A DNA stretch of 64,000 nt from a virus (Duplodnaviria > Caudoviricetes), in IMG/VR virus record IMGVR_UViG_3300020331_000002; one strand, given 5' to 3'. The position numbers were made by a program, and so were the translations under genes. Each line of letters begins with the position of its first letter. The stretch's first letter is position 1. Shown here piece after piece: positions 10,063 to 18,796 of the stretch. A model generated the notes under the pieces. It did no database searches and had not been told where the DNA came from. It saw nothing but the letters and a program-made list of their open reading frames with translations.

Positions 10063-10120
10063 CTTTATTATTATCCTTAGTGTGTCTTTAATGCGTATAT
10101 TTAATGTTGTACTAACTTAT

Positions 10121-10149
10121 ATGATACAAAAATGCATCACTTTTGTCAA
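10121..10149 (-). promoter_or_regulatory. Sigma70-type promoter for the mazG operon
   Basis: TTGACA-N17-TATCAT on the minus strand. Confidence 0.75.
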
Positions 10150-10580
10150 TACTCGTTGTGTCTTTCGCTTCTTATAAACTGGAAAAGCATATCTAATGTC
10201 TTTTCTACTTTTTGCTCTACTCGAGCAATTTTCACATCGTTCGCATCATGTGAACGTTGAATTTCTTGACGCAATTGTGCCTGATAGTCGTTATTGTTTT
10301 CTCTAGTTTGATCAACACGACCGTTAAGCGCGTCAATCCTAGATACTAACTCATTATAATTGTTAACAGACCCCGTTTCTAATTTAGATAGGCGCTCTTT
10401 TAACTCTGTTAATGTACTATCGACATCCTTCTTATACTGCTCATTGAAATCGGATTTGCTCTGCAAGCTTTTTTCTTTGGACTGGTGTTTAACCAGCGTA
10501 ATTATTCCAATTACTACAGCTATAACCGAGCCAACTATTGCGATGCCTGCGCCGAGCGTTATAGTTGTTGGTTCTGCCAT
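10146..10580 (-). CDS. Single-TM, coiled-coil membrane protein
   Basis: Hydrophobic ITLGAGIAIVGSVIAVVIGIITLV followed by a heptad-rich helix. Confidence 0.75.
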   Translation of the reverse strand: MAEPTTITLGAGIAIVGSVIAVVIGIITLVKHQSKEKSLQSKSDFNEQYKKDVDSTLTELKERLSKLETGSVNNYNELVSRIDALNGRVDQTRENNNDYQAQLRQEIQRSHDANDVKIARVEQKVEKTLDMLFQFIRSERHNEY

Positions 10581-10587
10581 GACTACC

Positions 10588-11022
10588 TCACATAGACTTA
10601 ATTTTTGTTAACTCTTCCAACATCAGGTCGAGTTGATTTTTGCGTGATGTTCTTGCTTTTTGGAGGTATGTATGTGTTTTATCATATGCCCACTGTACCA
10701 ATTCCTTGGCGTATTTGGTGCACAACAAGTCAACGGGTAATAAACAATTCTTACTACGAGTTACTTTCAGTTCATCATTAGTAATATACGCCGCTGGTAC
10801 TCCTTTACTGTTAATCAGTGTCGCGTAATTACTAGTTACCATATCTTGATCGATTAAGATAACCGCGGTAATTACGCCATCCGCATAACGGAGCGCACGG
10901 TCAATATCATTAAAAGATACCACCGCTATTTCAGTGACAAACGATTCTAAATTTTGAACGACTTCTTCGTACTGAGTGACAATGATAACTTCTAATATAG
11001 GATGTTTTTCTGTAGATACCAT
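10588..11022 (-). CDS. Degenerate response-regulator receiver (CheY-like) domain protein
   Basis: Pattern VIIVTQYEE / VVSFNDIDRAL / VILIDQDM / VPAAYIT / CLLPVD follows the REC beta1-beta5 order; fold call is inference. Confidence 0.55.
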   Translation of the reverse strand: MVSTEKHPILEVIIVTQYEEVVQNLESFVTEIAVVSFNDIDRALRYADGVITAVILIDQDMVTSNYATLINSKGVPAAYITNDELKVTRSKNCLLPVDLLCTKYAKELVQWAYDKTHTYLQKARTSRKNQLDLMLEELTKIKSM

Positions 11023-11050
11023 ACTTAGTTTACCACGTTTTGTTTAACTT

Positions 11051-11057
11051 TATTTAG
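11051..11057 (-). promoter_or_regulatory. Late promoter core CTAAATA
   Basis: About 30 nt upstream of the 11022 start and just past a terminator; the same motif recurs before late genes. Confidence 0.7.
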
Positions 11058-11065
11058 CTAAAGAC

Positions 11066-11094
11066 AAAGAAGCCGCTTTAAAAGCGGCTTCTTT
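11066..11094 (-). terminator. Intrinsic terminator after clpP
   Basis: AAAGAAGCCGCTTT-A-AAAGCGGCTTCTTT inverted repeat followed by T-rich sequence on the minus strand. Confidence 0.85.
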
Positions 11095-11112
11095 CTTAAT
11101 GTTTGTGTACAG

Positions 11113-11679
11113 TTATTTTAAGTCGTTGATAGACTTGATTACCTCGTCAATCAAGCCATACTCCTTGGCTTCAGCTGCTGACATAAAATTGTCGCGGTCA
11201 GTATCAGCTTCAATCTTATCGAGCGGCTGTTTGGTGAAATCAGCGAGCATTCGGTTTAGTTTGTCTTTAATAGACAGAATCTCTTTGGCGTGTATTTCAA
11301 AGTCAGATGCTTGGCCTTGGAATCCACCTAAAGGCTGATGAATCATTACACGGCAATTAGGTAGCGCGTAACGGACATCGCCGGCTGCCAATAAGAACGA
11401 ACCCATCGAACAACACTGACCGGTGCCAACTGTAATAATACGAGAGTTCACAAACTTCATCGTATCATACATGGATAAGCCCGCAGTTACGGCGCCGCCT
11501 GGTGAATTAACGTATACGTAAATGTCAGCTTCCATCTTGGATTCAAGGTAAAGTATCTGAGCATTTACCGACTCAGCCATGTGATCATTTACAGGACCGT
11601 TAATTAGTACAATGCGGTCTTCCAAAAGTCGTGAAGCCAAGTCAACTACACGGTTATTCTCTATGATCATTGGAATCAT
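11113..11679 (-). CDS. clpP: ATP-dependent Clp protease proteolytic subunit
   Basis: [21 protein letters not shown] (catalytic Ser), MIHQP (His), [20 protein letters not shown]. Confidence 0.97.
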   Translation of the reverse strand: MIPMIIENNRVVDLASRLLEDRIVLINGPVNDHMAESVNAQILYLESKMEADIYVYVNSPGGAVTAGLSMYDTMKFVNSRIITVGTGQCCSMGSFLLAAGDVRYALPNCRVMIHQPLGGFQGQASDFEIHAKEILSIKDKLNRMLADFTKQPLDKIEADTDRDNFMSAAEAKEYGLIDEVIKSINDLK

Positions 11680-11688
11680 ATATTTTCC

Positions 11689-12465
11689 TTATTGTGGTAA
11701 AACTTTGTCAATAGTAGCTAGTAAATCCGGATCAAACGCTAGCTTGTTTTCTGGATTAAGTGAATCCATATTCTCAATACACCATAACCAGTAATCAGCC
11801 GGAACTTCTGAGAACGGTTTGCCTTTGTGTTTTCCAAAAGGCACTGTTTGGTATATTGTCGGTTCTTGCGCGTACTGAACAACGTCGGCGAGCATATCAG
11901 GTCCGGGCTCTATGATACCGCGTACGAGCATCGTTTCTACCATGACCTCTAGTAATCTGGCAGTGAAATACGCATCGTGCGGGGCTCTGTGAAGCTGCAA
12001 ATTATCTAATTCAGGGCGGTCTTCCGACAGGTCGAAGTGATATCGCATGTCAGGCAAATTGTATGATTCCAACTCCGGGAACAACTTGCGGCCTAAACGT
12101 AGAGTACAGATAAACTGTTCTTCAGGGATATTTGCGCCATAAGCGTCCGATACAAGGAATTCATACTTTGCATTGTGTGCAACAATAAAACGATCTCTGA
12201 TAGAGTCAAAAAACTCGTTACGCTTGTATATGAACTCTTCGCGCCCTTCGAGCATACGCGGGGTAATCAAGCACACTGATTGGGTTTTAACAGGTAGGGC
12301 TCCTGCTACGTTGAATAGCTCGCCTTCCATTGACCACGTATTGCCATCAAAACTAGAAGTACCAGTTTCAATAACTTCGACATCGTACGGGTCCAACCCG
12401 GTGGTCTCATAGTCTATTACGACTAATGATTTATAGAAATTCTTAACAAATAAATTCATTGACAT
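11689..12465 (-). CDS. DEDDh 3'-5' exonuclease (ExoX/DnaQ-like) with C-terminal PFGKHKG domain
   Basis: IDYETTG, VAHNAKYE, ICTL, HRAPHDA and VPFGKHKG..SEVPADY motifs. Confidence 0.88.
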   Translation of the reverse strand: MSMNLFVKNFYKSLVVIDYETTGLDPYDVEVIETGTSSFDGNTWSMEGELFNVAGALPVKTQSVCLITPRMLEGREEFIYKRNEFFDSIRDRFIVAHNAKYEFLVSDAYGANIPEEQFICTLRLGRKLFPELESYNLPDMRYHFDLSEDRPELDNLQLHRAPHDAYFTARLLEVMVETMLVRGIIEPGPDMLADVVQYAQEPTIYQTVPFGKHKGKPFSEVPADYWLWCIENMDSLNPENKLAFDPDLLATIDKVLPQ

Positions 12466-12692
12466 ATTCTCGTGTGTAGTCTAGATATATAGGACTCCGA
12501 CTTAGTAGACAATTCTTCGTAACTATAGCGCGGATTAAAAGGATCTTCAACGGCGTAGTAATCAACAATTTCTTGCACTTGTTGATCAAAACTATCTAGT
12601 TGGGTCAAGACATGGTGGTTTACCGACCCGCGGCCGAGGTCGTCAAATACGGTTAAGTCTAAGCGATCGTCAAACTCGATATCGTCGTCCAT
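12456..12692 (-). CDS. Small acidic hypothetical protein
   Basis: 78-aa ORF overlapping the exonuclease start, downstream of a promoter. Confidence 0.6.
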   Translation of the reverse strand: MDDDIEFDDRLDLTVFDDLGRGSVNHHVLTQLDSFDQQVQEIVDYYAVEDPFNPRYSYEELSTKSESYISRLHTRICQ

Positions 12693-12727
12693 AATATATA
12701 CTCTTTGTGTTTGTTATTATATCTAGC

Positions 12728-12821
12728 GCACATAATGATTATGTGTGAATTTTTTTAATCATTATGTGCAACATACACAAAAAGTGGTCAACGGTCAAAC
12801 TGTTTTTAAAAACTTTTTAAA
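12728..12821 (-). promoter_or_regulatory. Sigma70 promoter with downstream inverted-repeat operator or leader
   Basis: TTGACC(12793-98)-N17-TATGTT(12770-75); 13-bp inverted repeat GCACATAATGATT/AATCATTATGTGC at 12728-40/12757-69; upstream TTTAAA-N4-TTTTAA. Confidence 0.6.
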
Positions 12822-13164
12822 GTTTTTTACCTAGTGCTTCATTCTCCAAGCGCACAGCGCCAATCTCTTTTAAGACACTAAACGGATTAATACTGGATTC
12901 TATCATATCCATTATGCATTCTACTTCACTTGCCAAATCATTTACCGGAAAATCTCGATGACTCTCGTCCCAGTAAGCGTATATGTGTTCGGGTTTCATA
13001 TCCCTGAGTATTTCACTAAACTGGTCGTCTTGCATGGCAATGTTGAAGTTATTATACACGCCCGCATCTGCTATAAGGCGATTAGGTTCGTTTTCTTCGT
13101 GGCGTAACGAAATCAAAAGTACAGGTATATCTAGCGCTGATTTCAAGGTTGTTATTGTTGTCAT
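12817..13164 (-). CDS. Hypothetical protein
   Basis: 115-aa ORF in operon context. Confidence 0.65.
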   Translation of the reverse strand: MTTITTLKSALDIPVLLISLRHEENEPNRLIADAGVYNNFNIAMQDDQFSEILRDMKPEHIYAYWDESHRDFPVNDLASEVECIMDMIESSINPFSVLKEIGAVRLENEALGKKL

Positions 13165-13172
13165 TCTGTATC

Positions 13173-13511
13173 CTAGCTAATATTACTGACGTCAACACCA
13201 ATGGTAACTACAGTGTTGGTCTTCTCCGCAATTGCGGTATTCATCGCGTCTATGACTTTTTCCATGTCTGTCTCAGCCGTGCCATAATATGCGTTATAAA
13301 CTGAAAAATTCCAACCGTTGAGGTCTTGGCCTGCAAGGGCTACCGCTTCATTGAAAAGCTTCGGTGTGATATCCTTATAAGACTTAATTCGGTCAACTTT
13401 AAGATATTTAATGAGCCTTTCCATAGGTAGTATTAGAAACGTGCCAATTTCTCTGCCGGCGTCATCGCGTCCGTGGACTAGGCGACCAATGCTTTGTATG
13501 CTTGAGCTCAT
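13173..13511 (-). CDS. Hypothetical protein
   Basis: Start trimmed to ATG 13511 (RBS AGGAG); GTAAATA at 13538-13544 upstream. Confidence 0.65.
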   Translation of the reverse strand: MSSSIQSIGRLVHGRDDAGREIGTFLILPMERLIKYLKVDRIKSYKDITPKLFNEAVALAGQDLNGWNFSVYNAYYGTAETDMEKVIDAMNTAIAEKTNTVVTIGVDVSNIS

Positions 13512-13629
13512 ATAACTTCTCCTCATTATACAATAAGTATTTACGCCACAGATGAAAAAGCCAGCTAGTAAACTAACCGGCTTCGCCTTAGTGTTTTACA
13601 CATGTTGACCCCAGTTTAGGGAGCCTGTA

Positions 13630-13752
13630 TTAAACAGCCAGAACGGCAAGTACAATAACAGTCGTCACGACTAGTAAAGTACCGTTCAATACAGCTTCTT
13701 CCCATCGTGATACCTGTGAAAAATTAAACTTATTCACAAGATTTTTAAGCAT
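13630..13752 (-). CDS. Small 40-aa tail-anchored membrane peptide (not in the ORF track)
   Basis: MLKNLVNKFNFSQVSRWEEAVLNGTLLVVTTVIVLAVLAV*; ATG overlaps the clpS stop (TAATG). Confidence 0.6.
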   Translation of the reverse strand: MLKNLVNKFNFSQVSRWEEAVLNGTLLVVTTVIVLAVLAV

Positions 13753-14063
13753 TATTCTTCCTCAATAGATACCTTTAATTTTGCCCCATTGAGTTTGTTG
13801 GCACTGTCAACTTCATTTACTTTAGTCTCAGCGATCTCGTAGGGGTAAGAGCCCACAACGCCGCGCTCACCGTTGTGCACAGTAAACATAAAGTTTATAG
13901 CTTTTTCTTGGCTGTAACCGAAAACGTTAACTAAGATGAATATGACATAGTCCATATGCGTTACTTCGTCATTATGCATGACTACCACTACGTCTTTAGG
14001 AATTTCAAAGTCTTCGTTAGTGTCGATATCGGTTCTTTGGATAGTATCTGTTTGTTGAGCCAT
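13752..14063 (-). CDS. clpS: N-end-rule adaptor ClpS
   Basis: VVMHNDEVTHMDYVIFIL, FMFTVHNGERGVVGSYPYEIAETK, LKVSIEEE; start trimmed to ATG 14063 (RBS GAGG). Confidence 0.92.
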   Translation of the reverse strand: MAQQTDTIQRTDIDTNEDFEIPKDVVVVMHNDEVTHMDYVIFILVNVFGYSQEKAINFMFTVHNGERGVVGSYPYEIAETKVNEVDSANKLNGAKLKVSIEEE

Positions 14064-14142
14064 TGTTACCTCTTTAATAAGATTTTTTAACAATCTCTAC
14101 TACAAAACTGAGTAGAGCGTGATAGTTACATATCACGCTCTA

Positions 14143-14171
14143 ATTATACTGATTTCACCAAGCATTGTCTA
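14143..14171 (-). promoter_or_regulatory. Sigma70 promoter for clpS (plus late core GTAAATA at 14200-14206)
   Basis: TAGACA-N17-TATAAT on the minus strand. Confidence 0.65.
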
Positions 14172-14285
14172 GACTTTACGATCACGTCGTTGCTATCTTT
14201 ATTTACGTAAATCAGTTACAGATTTGAGCATTTTTGTTTAAAATTAAAACTATATTTTCTAATACAGTGTATTAGGAAAACTTAT

Positions 14286-15089
14286 TCATCCGTAATTTAA
14301 TCGCAACATAGCAAGCTCGGATTCACTGAGCTCAGTGTGTTGCGCAAATTCAAGGACATCTTTACACCAGAGACCATTATAGTGAAATTCAGCGATACTA
14401 TCGCCGCTAGCGGATTCAACTACTACCGCAGGAGAGTGTGTATGATGCATTCTACCAAAACGATGATAGACAATCCCTTCTTTGCAATCTACTGTACCCA
14501 ATGAATTGACATATATTGTGCCGCCGTATTGTACCAAAGAAGGGATGCCGTTGAAAGAATGAGGGCGCCAGCGGACAGACGAAGAACGATTTTTGTTATA
14601 AGGGTGCCTACTATCCATCCCGTTTGTGTCGGCAATGAAAGTAGATAACCTTTCATAATAAACTTCAGTCTCACCGGGCGCAGTATTAAAGACGCTATGT
14701 TCGATTTTTTTGAACTCACTACCTAGTTCGTCAGTGTATACCTCCACAGTAGCATTTTTAACAGGACCTGCATACTCTTCAATTATGGCAGCTTTACCGC
14801 CATCTCTTACAAAATTAGATCCGTTAAACCACGAGTGGGTGACAATACTGTATTCTTTTGTCTGGTTCGTGTACTTGGTAATAAACGCAGGTTCGTCGTT
14901 CTCCGACTTCACTTCACCTGTCTTGTCACGTATCCAGGTTTCTAGCACTATCTTTTCATTTATTTTCTGGGGCCTTTTTGCATCGTCGTCCATAAAAATG
15001 CTTGGTGCTATACCTAAAGTTTGAACAATGTGTTTGTTATCTGATTTAGTATACTCACGTATACTGTAAGAGTAGTTATCCATACTCAT
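14286..15089 (-). CDS. Hypothetical protein with degenerate phage beta-hairpin repeats
   Basis: HRFGRMHHTHSPAV..EFHYNG and RDGGKAAII segments resemble repeats of common phage accessory proteins. Confidence 0.65.
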   Translation of the reverse strand: MSMDNYSYSIREYTKSDNKHIVQTLGIAPSIFMDDDAKRPQKINEKIVLETWIRDKTGEVKSENDEPAFITKYTNQTKEYSIVTHSWFNGSNFVRDGGKAAIIEEYAGPVKNATVEVYTDELGSEFKKIEHSVFNTAPGETEVYYERLSTFIADTNGMDSRHPYNKNRSSSVRWRPHSFNGIPSLVQYGGTIYVNSLGTVDCKEGIVYHRFGRMHHTHSPAVVVESASGDSIAEFHYNGLWCKDVLEFAQHTELSESELAMLRLNYG

Positions 15090-15114
15090 ACCTGATGTGT
15101 AGCTTTTTGAGTCT

Positions 15115-15152
15115 ATTATACTGACGAACTACGTTTTCAGCAAGACTAAATA
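15115..15152. promoter_or_regulatory. Back-to-back early (minus) and late (plus) promoters
   Basis: Minus: TTGCTG(15138-43)-N17-TATAAT(15115-20). Plus: CTAAATA at 15146-52 before the glycosyltransferase gene. Confidence 0.7.
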
Positions 15153-15181
15153 TTATAAAATCCACAAACACGAGTCCGTCC

Positions 15182-16810
15182 ATGAAAGATATTGTATATT
15201 ACTCAAAGTCGTTGTCTGCCTTAGAATCATTTAAAAAACAATGGCCCCATGCCTTAATAGTAAACACGTCTGATATGGCGGAGGCAGTGCGAGTTTTAAA
15301 AAATACTTTTACTTCTGTAAGATACCTTATCGCAGAGGGTGACGAAGACTTCCTACAGTATGTGCCTACGGGCAGTGATGCTGACTTAATCCACACCTTT
15401 AATAACTCTCTTATTGTGCCCTGGCACACTGAAGTCACAAGCGACTTTCATGGTTTCGGCATAGCTGTTTCAGCTAACATGAATCCAGAGTATGTCGAAT
15501 TTGAAGGATTACAAAACATAACAGAGCCGGTTGATTACGTGCCGACCGATTCTATTACTGTGGTATACGGCACCGAAGAACGTTTTTATAGTGAGGATGT
15601 AATACACATACCGTCGTTAGGCGAGGATGCATTATGGCCATCACTTGCCACCCAACCAAAGTCATGGATCCATTTTCAACATGTGTCGGTTGCTCAATCT
15701 GATACTACCTTGCGCAGTAAACTTGACCCCAACTCTATACACAGACGCGGGTCTAATTACTGCTTCACAATGCACAAGGACTTGATCGACACCAATCGTA
15801 AGTTTAAATTGGCACACTTAAAAGTTAAGGACCATCACGCGCCTAATACAGTAGTGAACCGAGCTTCATGGCCTGTTTATCAAGATATCAATAAACTAGA
15901 AGCCAGCAATCACACCGAAGCACTCTTAGTGCCGATCGGATCTACTGTCAACGACACTGCGTTAGAGTATGTGCCAGAGATACACGAGCACGAAGCATCT
16001 GTCTTAATGAGGGAAACTGATTCACGTGGTTTTAGCATCGGCGGAGGCGGCGTCAAACTAGTCAACAAAGGCACTAATAAGTCAGTATACAGCAAAGCAA
16101 TCGGCTCTTCCATTGCTGAGTTTGATATCATATTCTTATCAAACAACGAGTCGTTTGCTGACGATCACTACGCTCAATTGAAAGAACGGTTCCCGCGTGC
16201 TAAACGAGTTAACGGCGTGAAGGGAATCGGCAAAGCACACCAAGTGTGTGCCGAAGTCGCCAACACTGATATGTTCTGGGTAGTAGACGCCGACAGCGTA
16301 ATTGTCCCAGATTTCAAGTTTGATTTTATCCCGCCTCGTAGCGCATGGCACAAGGTGTACGTATTCAGGAGTAAGAACCCTGTTAATAATTTAATATACG
16401 GCCACGGCGGCGTCAAGCTTTTTCCAAGGAACAGAGTTCTAGATGCAGAGACTGATGTAGTAGACTTCACTACTAGTTTAGGTGACTTCTGTGCTGTCAG
16501 TGTACTGAGCAACGTCAACGCGTACGATAAAAGCGGCTGGCATGTGTGGCGTACTGCCGTTCGAGAAGCGGCAAAGTTACAGAACCAAGTAAAACATAAT
16601 CCAGAAGACCTCGTATCGGCACGTCGGCTAGAACAATGGCTAACGGTAGGTGAAGGCGAGTACGGTAGCATTTCATTAAAAGGCGCTCGTTTTGGTGCTG
16701 ACCTATCACTAAATACGATTAGCATATCTCCGATAAACAACGACGGGTGGCTACGAGGATATTATGATGAGGTTCATGAATATGGAGATGACGTTTCTGA
16801 ATTGGAGTGA
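15182..16810 (+). CDS. Glycosyltransferase-like protein (C-terminal GT-A-like domain)
   Basis: FDIIFLSNNE..AKRVNGVKGI..AH..WVVDADSVI (DxD), RSKNPVNNLIYGHGGVKLFP, WRTAVRE. Confidence 0.7.
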   Translation: MKDIVYYSKSLSALESFKKQWPHALIVNTSDMAEAVRVLKNTFTSVRYLIAEGDEDFLQYVPTGSDADLIHTFNNSLIVPWHTEVTSDFHGFGIAVSANMNPEYVEFEGLQNITEPVDYVPTDSITVVYGTEERFYSEDVIHIPSLGEDALWPSLATQPKSWIHFQHVSVAQSDTTLRSKLDPNSIHRRGSNYCFTMHKDLIDTNRKFKLAHLKVKDHHAPNTVVNRASWPVYQDINKLEASNHTEALLVPIGSTVNDTALEYVPEIHEHEASVLMRETDSRGFSIGGGGVKLVNKGTNKSVYSKAIGSSIAEFDIIFLSNNESFADDHYAQLKERFPRAKRVNGVKGIGKAHQVCAEVANTDMFWVVDADSVIVPDFKFDFIPPRSAWHKVYVFRSKNPVNNLIYGHGGVKLFPRNRVLDAETDVVDFTTSLGDFCAVSVLSNVNAYDKSGWHVWRTAVREAAKLQNQVKHNPEDLVSARRLEQWLTVGEGEYGSISLKGARFGADLSLNTISISPINNDGWLRGYYDEVHEYGDDVSELE

Positions 16811-17381
16811 CGTCGACATATACAACGCACAACACACAATGTCCGCTAAACTGACAAATTTCTTGTCAAGTAATTTTTCAGACTACGACAATATTTTAAA
16901 CGACAAAGCAAGGCTCGCCACTATGTTTTGGATTTCCGCCGCCATACGTGATATGGATATTCTAAACGACAAAAACATGGTTATATGCGGCGATAACGGT
17001 ATACTGGGATCACACTTGGCAAGTACTACAGAGCTTCGCAGAATAGTCACGGTCGGCCACGGACTGTGTAGTGATCTACAACACATAAACCGCGCCAACG
17101 TAATTGAAACACCTATTAACCACACCCATGATTACGAGTCCAGCGATTTTATTTTACACTGTTCATTTGACTCAATTGAAAATGCAGGTGACTGGTTTTC
17201 TGGAACTACAAGAAAACCATTATTTGGTCTTGTCGCAACGCACGCTAGTGAAGGATCAACACAACCTATAAAGTGCGCTGATGACCTTATACGCTTGTCT
17301 GGATTAAATACCGTATATTACAATGGCACTATACACTTTCCCGGTCAATCTAAGACGATGATAATAGGTAAATTCGAATGA
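16764..17381 (+). CDS. Hypothetical protein, possibly a degenerate SAM-methyltransferase fold
   Basis: VICGDNGILGSHL glycine-rich segment; overlaps the GT gene; start uncertain. Confidence 0.45.
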   Translation: MMRFMNMEMTFLNWSDVDIYNAQHTMSAKLTNFLSSNFSDYDNILNDKARLATMFWISAAIRDMDILNDKNMVICGDNGILGSHLASTTELRRIVTVGHGLCSDLQHINRANVIETPINHTHDYESSDFILHCSFDSIENAGDWFSGTTRKPLFGLVATHASEGSTQPIKCADDLIRLSGLNTVYYNGTIHFPGQSKTMIIGKFE

Positions 17382-17839
17382 CAGTAAATGTGGTAAAGAT
17401 CAGTTTTGACGAAATCAAAGAGATATGGTCGAATGAACTATGGCCGGGACGAAAAGATGTGAATCCTTTCAGTACTATGCTACCATACGGCGGTAACGAT
17501 ATCGATATGGATAAGATTGCTAGGCCTGTATTTATTGCAGTCATGCATGACGACTTATTAGCTGGTGTGAATAGTGTGCATTATACAGGCCACGGCATGG
17601 CTCGTAGTCGCGGGCTGTATGTTCGTCCAGCATACAGAGGAAAAGGTTACGGTGTGACCTTACTCAACGAAAGTAAAAAGGCAGCAAGGGATGAATATAA
17701 CGCCGATTACTTGTGGTCGTTACCGAAGAAGTCGGGGTGGAAAACATATTCAGCCGCTGACTTCGTAAAGTACAGCGACTGGCTTTCGGGTTTTGAGTAC
17801 GGCCCTAACGCATACGCCATGGCCAAACTATCTGGTTGA
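17378..17839 (+). CDS. GNAT acetyltransferase
   Basis: RSRGLYVRPAYRGKGYGVTLL (motif A) and YSAADF in the motif-B region. Confidence 0.85.
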   Translation: MTVNVVKISFDEIKEIWSNELWPGRKDVNPFSTMLPYGGNDIDMDKIARPVFIAVMHDDLLAGVNSVHYTGHGMARSRGLYVRPAYRGKGYGVTLLNESKKAARDEYNADYLWSLPKKSGWKTYSAADFVKYSDWLSGFEYGPNAYAMAKLSG

Positions 17840-18133
17840 GGCCCATACCTTTTCTTCTATTTCGCGCGCCAAACGGAGAACGTGGTCGACGTCTATGACC
17901 ACTTTCACCATCATTATATCATTCTTGCTTAACTTTTCGTTAATCATTTCTAATAACGAAACCCTCGCATCAGGTTCGTAATCAACTTCAGTTACTTCCC
18001 CGCTTACGTGTATTAAATCAATCCTGACAATGAACTTGAACGATAGCTGCTTTATAGACAAACTAGATATGAGCTCACTCGCCTCGTATGGATCCGCTGT
18101 ACAAAAGTCAGCCGCGGCGAGTACTATGTTCAT
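17828..18133 (-). CDS. Hypothetical protein
   Basis: Short ORF following the 18130 gene; start uncertain. Confidence 0.5.
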   Translation of the reverse strand: MNIVLAAADFCTADPYEASELISSLSIKQLSFKFIVRIDLIHVSGEVTEVDYEPDARVSLLEMINEKLSKNDIMMVKVVIDVDHVLRLAREIEEKVWASTR

Positions 18134-18795
18134 CGAGTAGACGCTCGCTTGCCGCCTTTGCGCAAATCAGGCTCAAGTTCATACGCACGTTTGCGAAGTT
18201 CTTTGCCTGCTTTTTCCAAGTCACGTGCCATTTCGATAATAACACGAGCGTCGCTTTTGGCAGTGTATTGCTCAACCACAGTAGTTAGCTCAAACTCAGT
18301 ACCGGATGACCCAGTAGTTGGCGCAGTGGTGTTGTCAGCTTGCGTCACGGATTCTTGAATGTTTTCTACTTTACCGGCTTGGGCTAGTTCGGCGACGGCT
18401 TCAGCTGCGCCAATATCGTCGCCGTGCATCTTTGCGTTGAGTTCACGCAGGCCAATTGACTTGGCATCGTTTAAAATCATCACAACGGTGTCCACAGGAA
18501 CCTTTTTAATGTAGCCGTAGTCTTGTAGAGTTTTAAGCACATTACCTTTGTTTGTACTGAAAACACAGTCACGAGAACCAAGATAAGTCGCAACGTCATT
18601 TGCTTGTTGTCCAGCAGTGCTACGGACAAACGTCATCATTTCAGTGTCATACGGGGCTGTAAGAGACTCAAACGGACATACCAGCGCATGCTCGTTATCA
18701 TACGTATTCGGTGTAAGCGGAACACGGTGCCACAGCACGACATACTTCGTTCCGGTATTCGCGCATTTGGCTAAGTGTTTAGTAATTGTTTGCAT
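18130..18795 (-). CDS. Conserved jumbo-phage hypothetical protein
   Basis: Start trimmed to ATG 18795 (MQTITKH, RBS GGAG); KHLAKCANTGTKYVVL..ALVCPFESL pattern recalled from RaK2-like phages. Confidence 0.72.
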   Translation of the reverse strand: MQTITKHLAKCANTGTKYVVLWHRVPLTPNTYDNEHALVCPFESLTAPYDTEMMTFVRSTAGQQANDVATYLGSRDCVFSTNKGNVLKTLQDYGYIKKVPVDTVVMILNDAKSIGLRELNAKMHGDDIGAAEAVAELAQAGKVENIQESVTQADNTTAPTTGSSGTEFELTTVVEQYTAKSDARVIIEMARDLEKAGKELRKRAYELEPDLRKGGKRASTR

Positions 18796-18796
18796 G

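Noticed and set aside
10146-10580. Confident holin call for the single-TM protein
   Set aside because: Topology alone is insufficient, and no endolysin is adjacent in this window.
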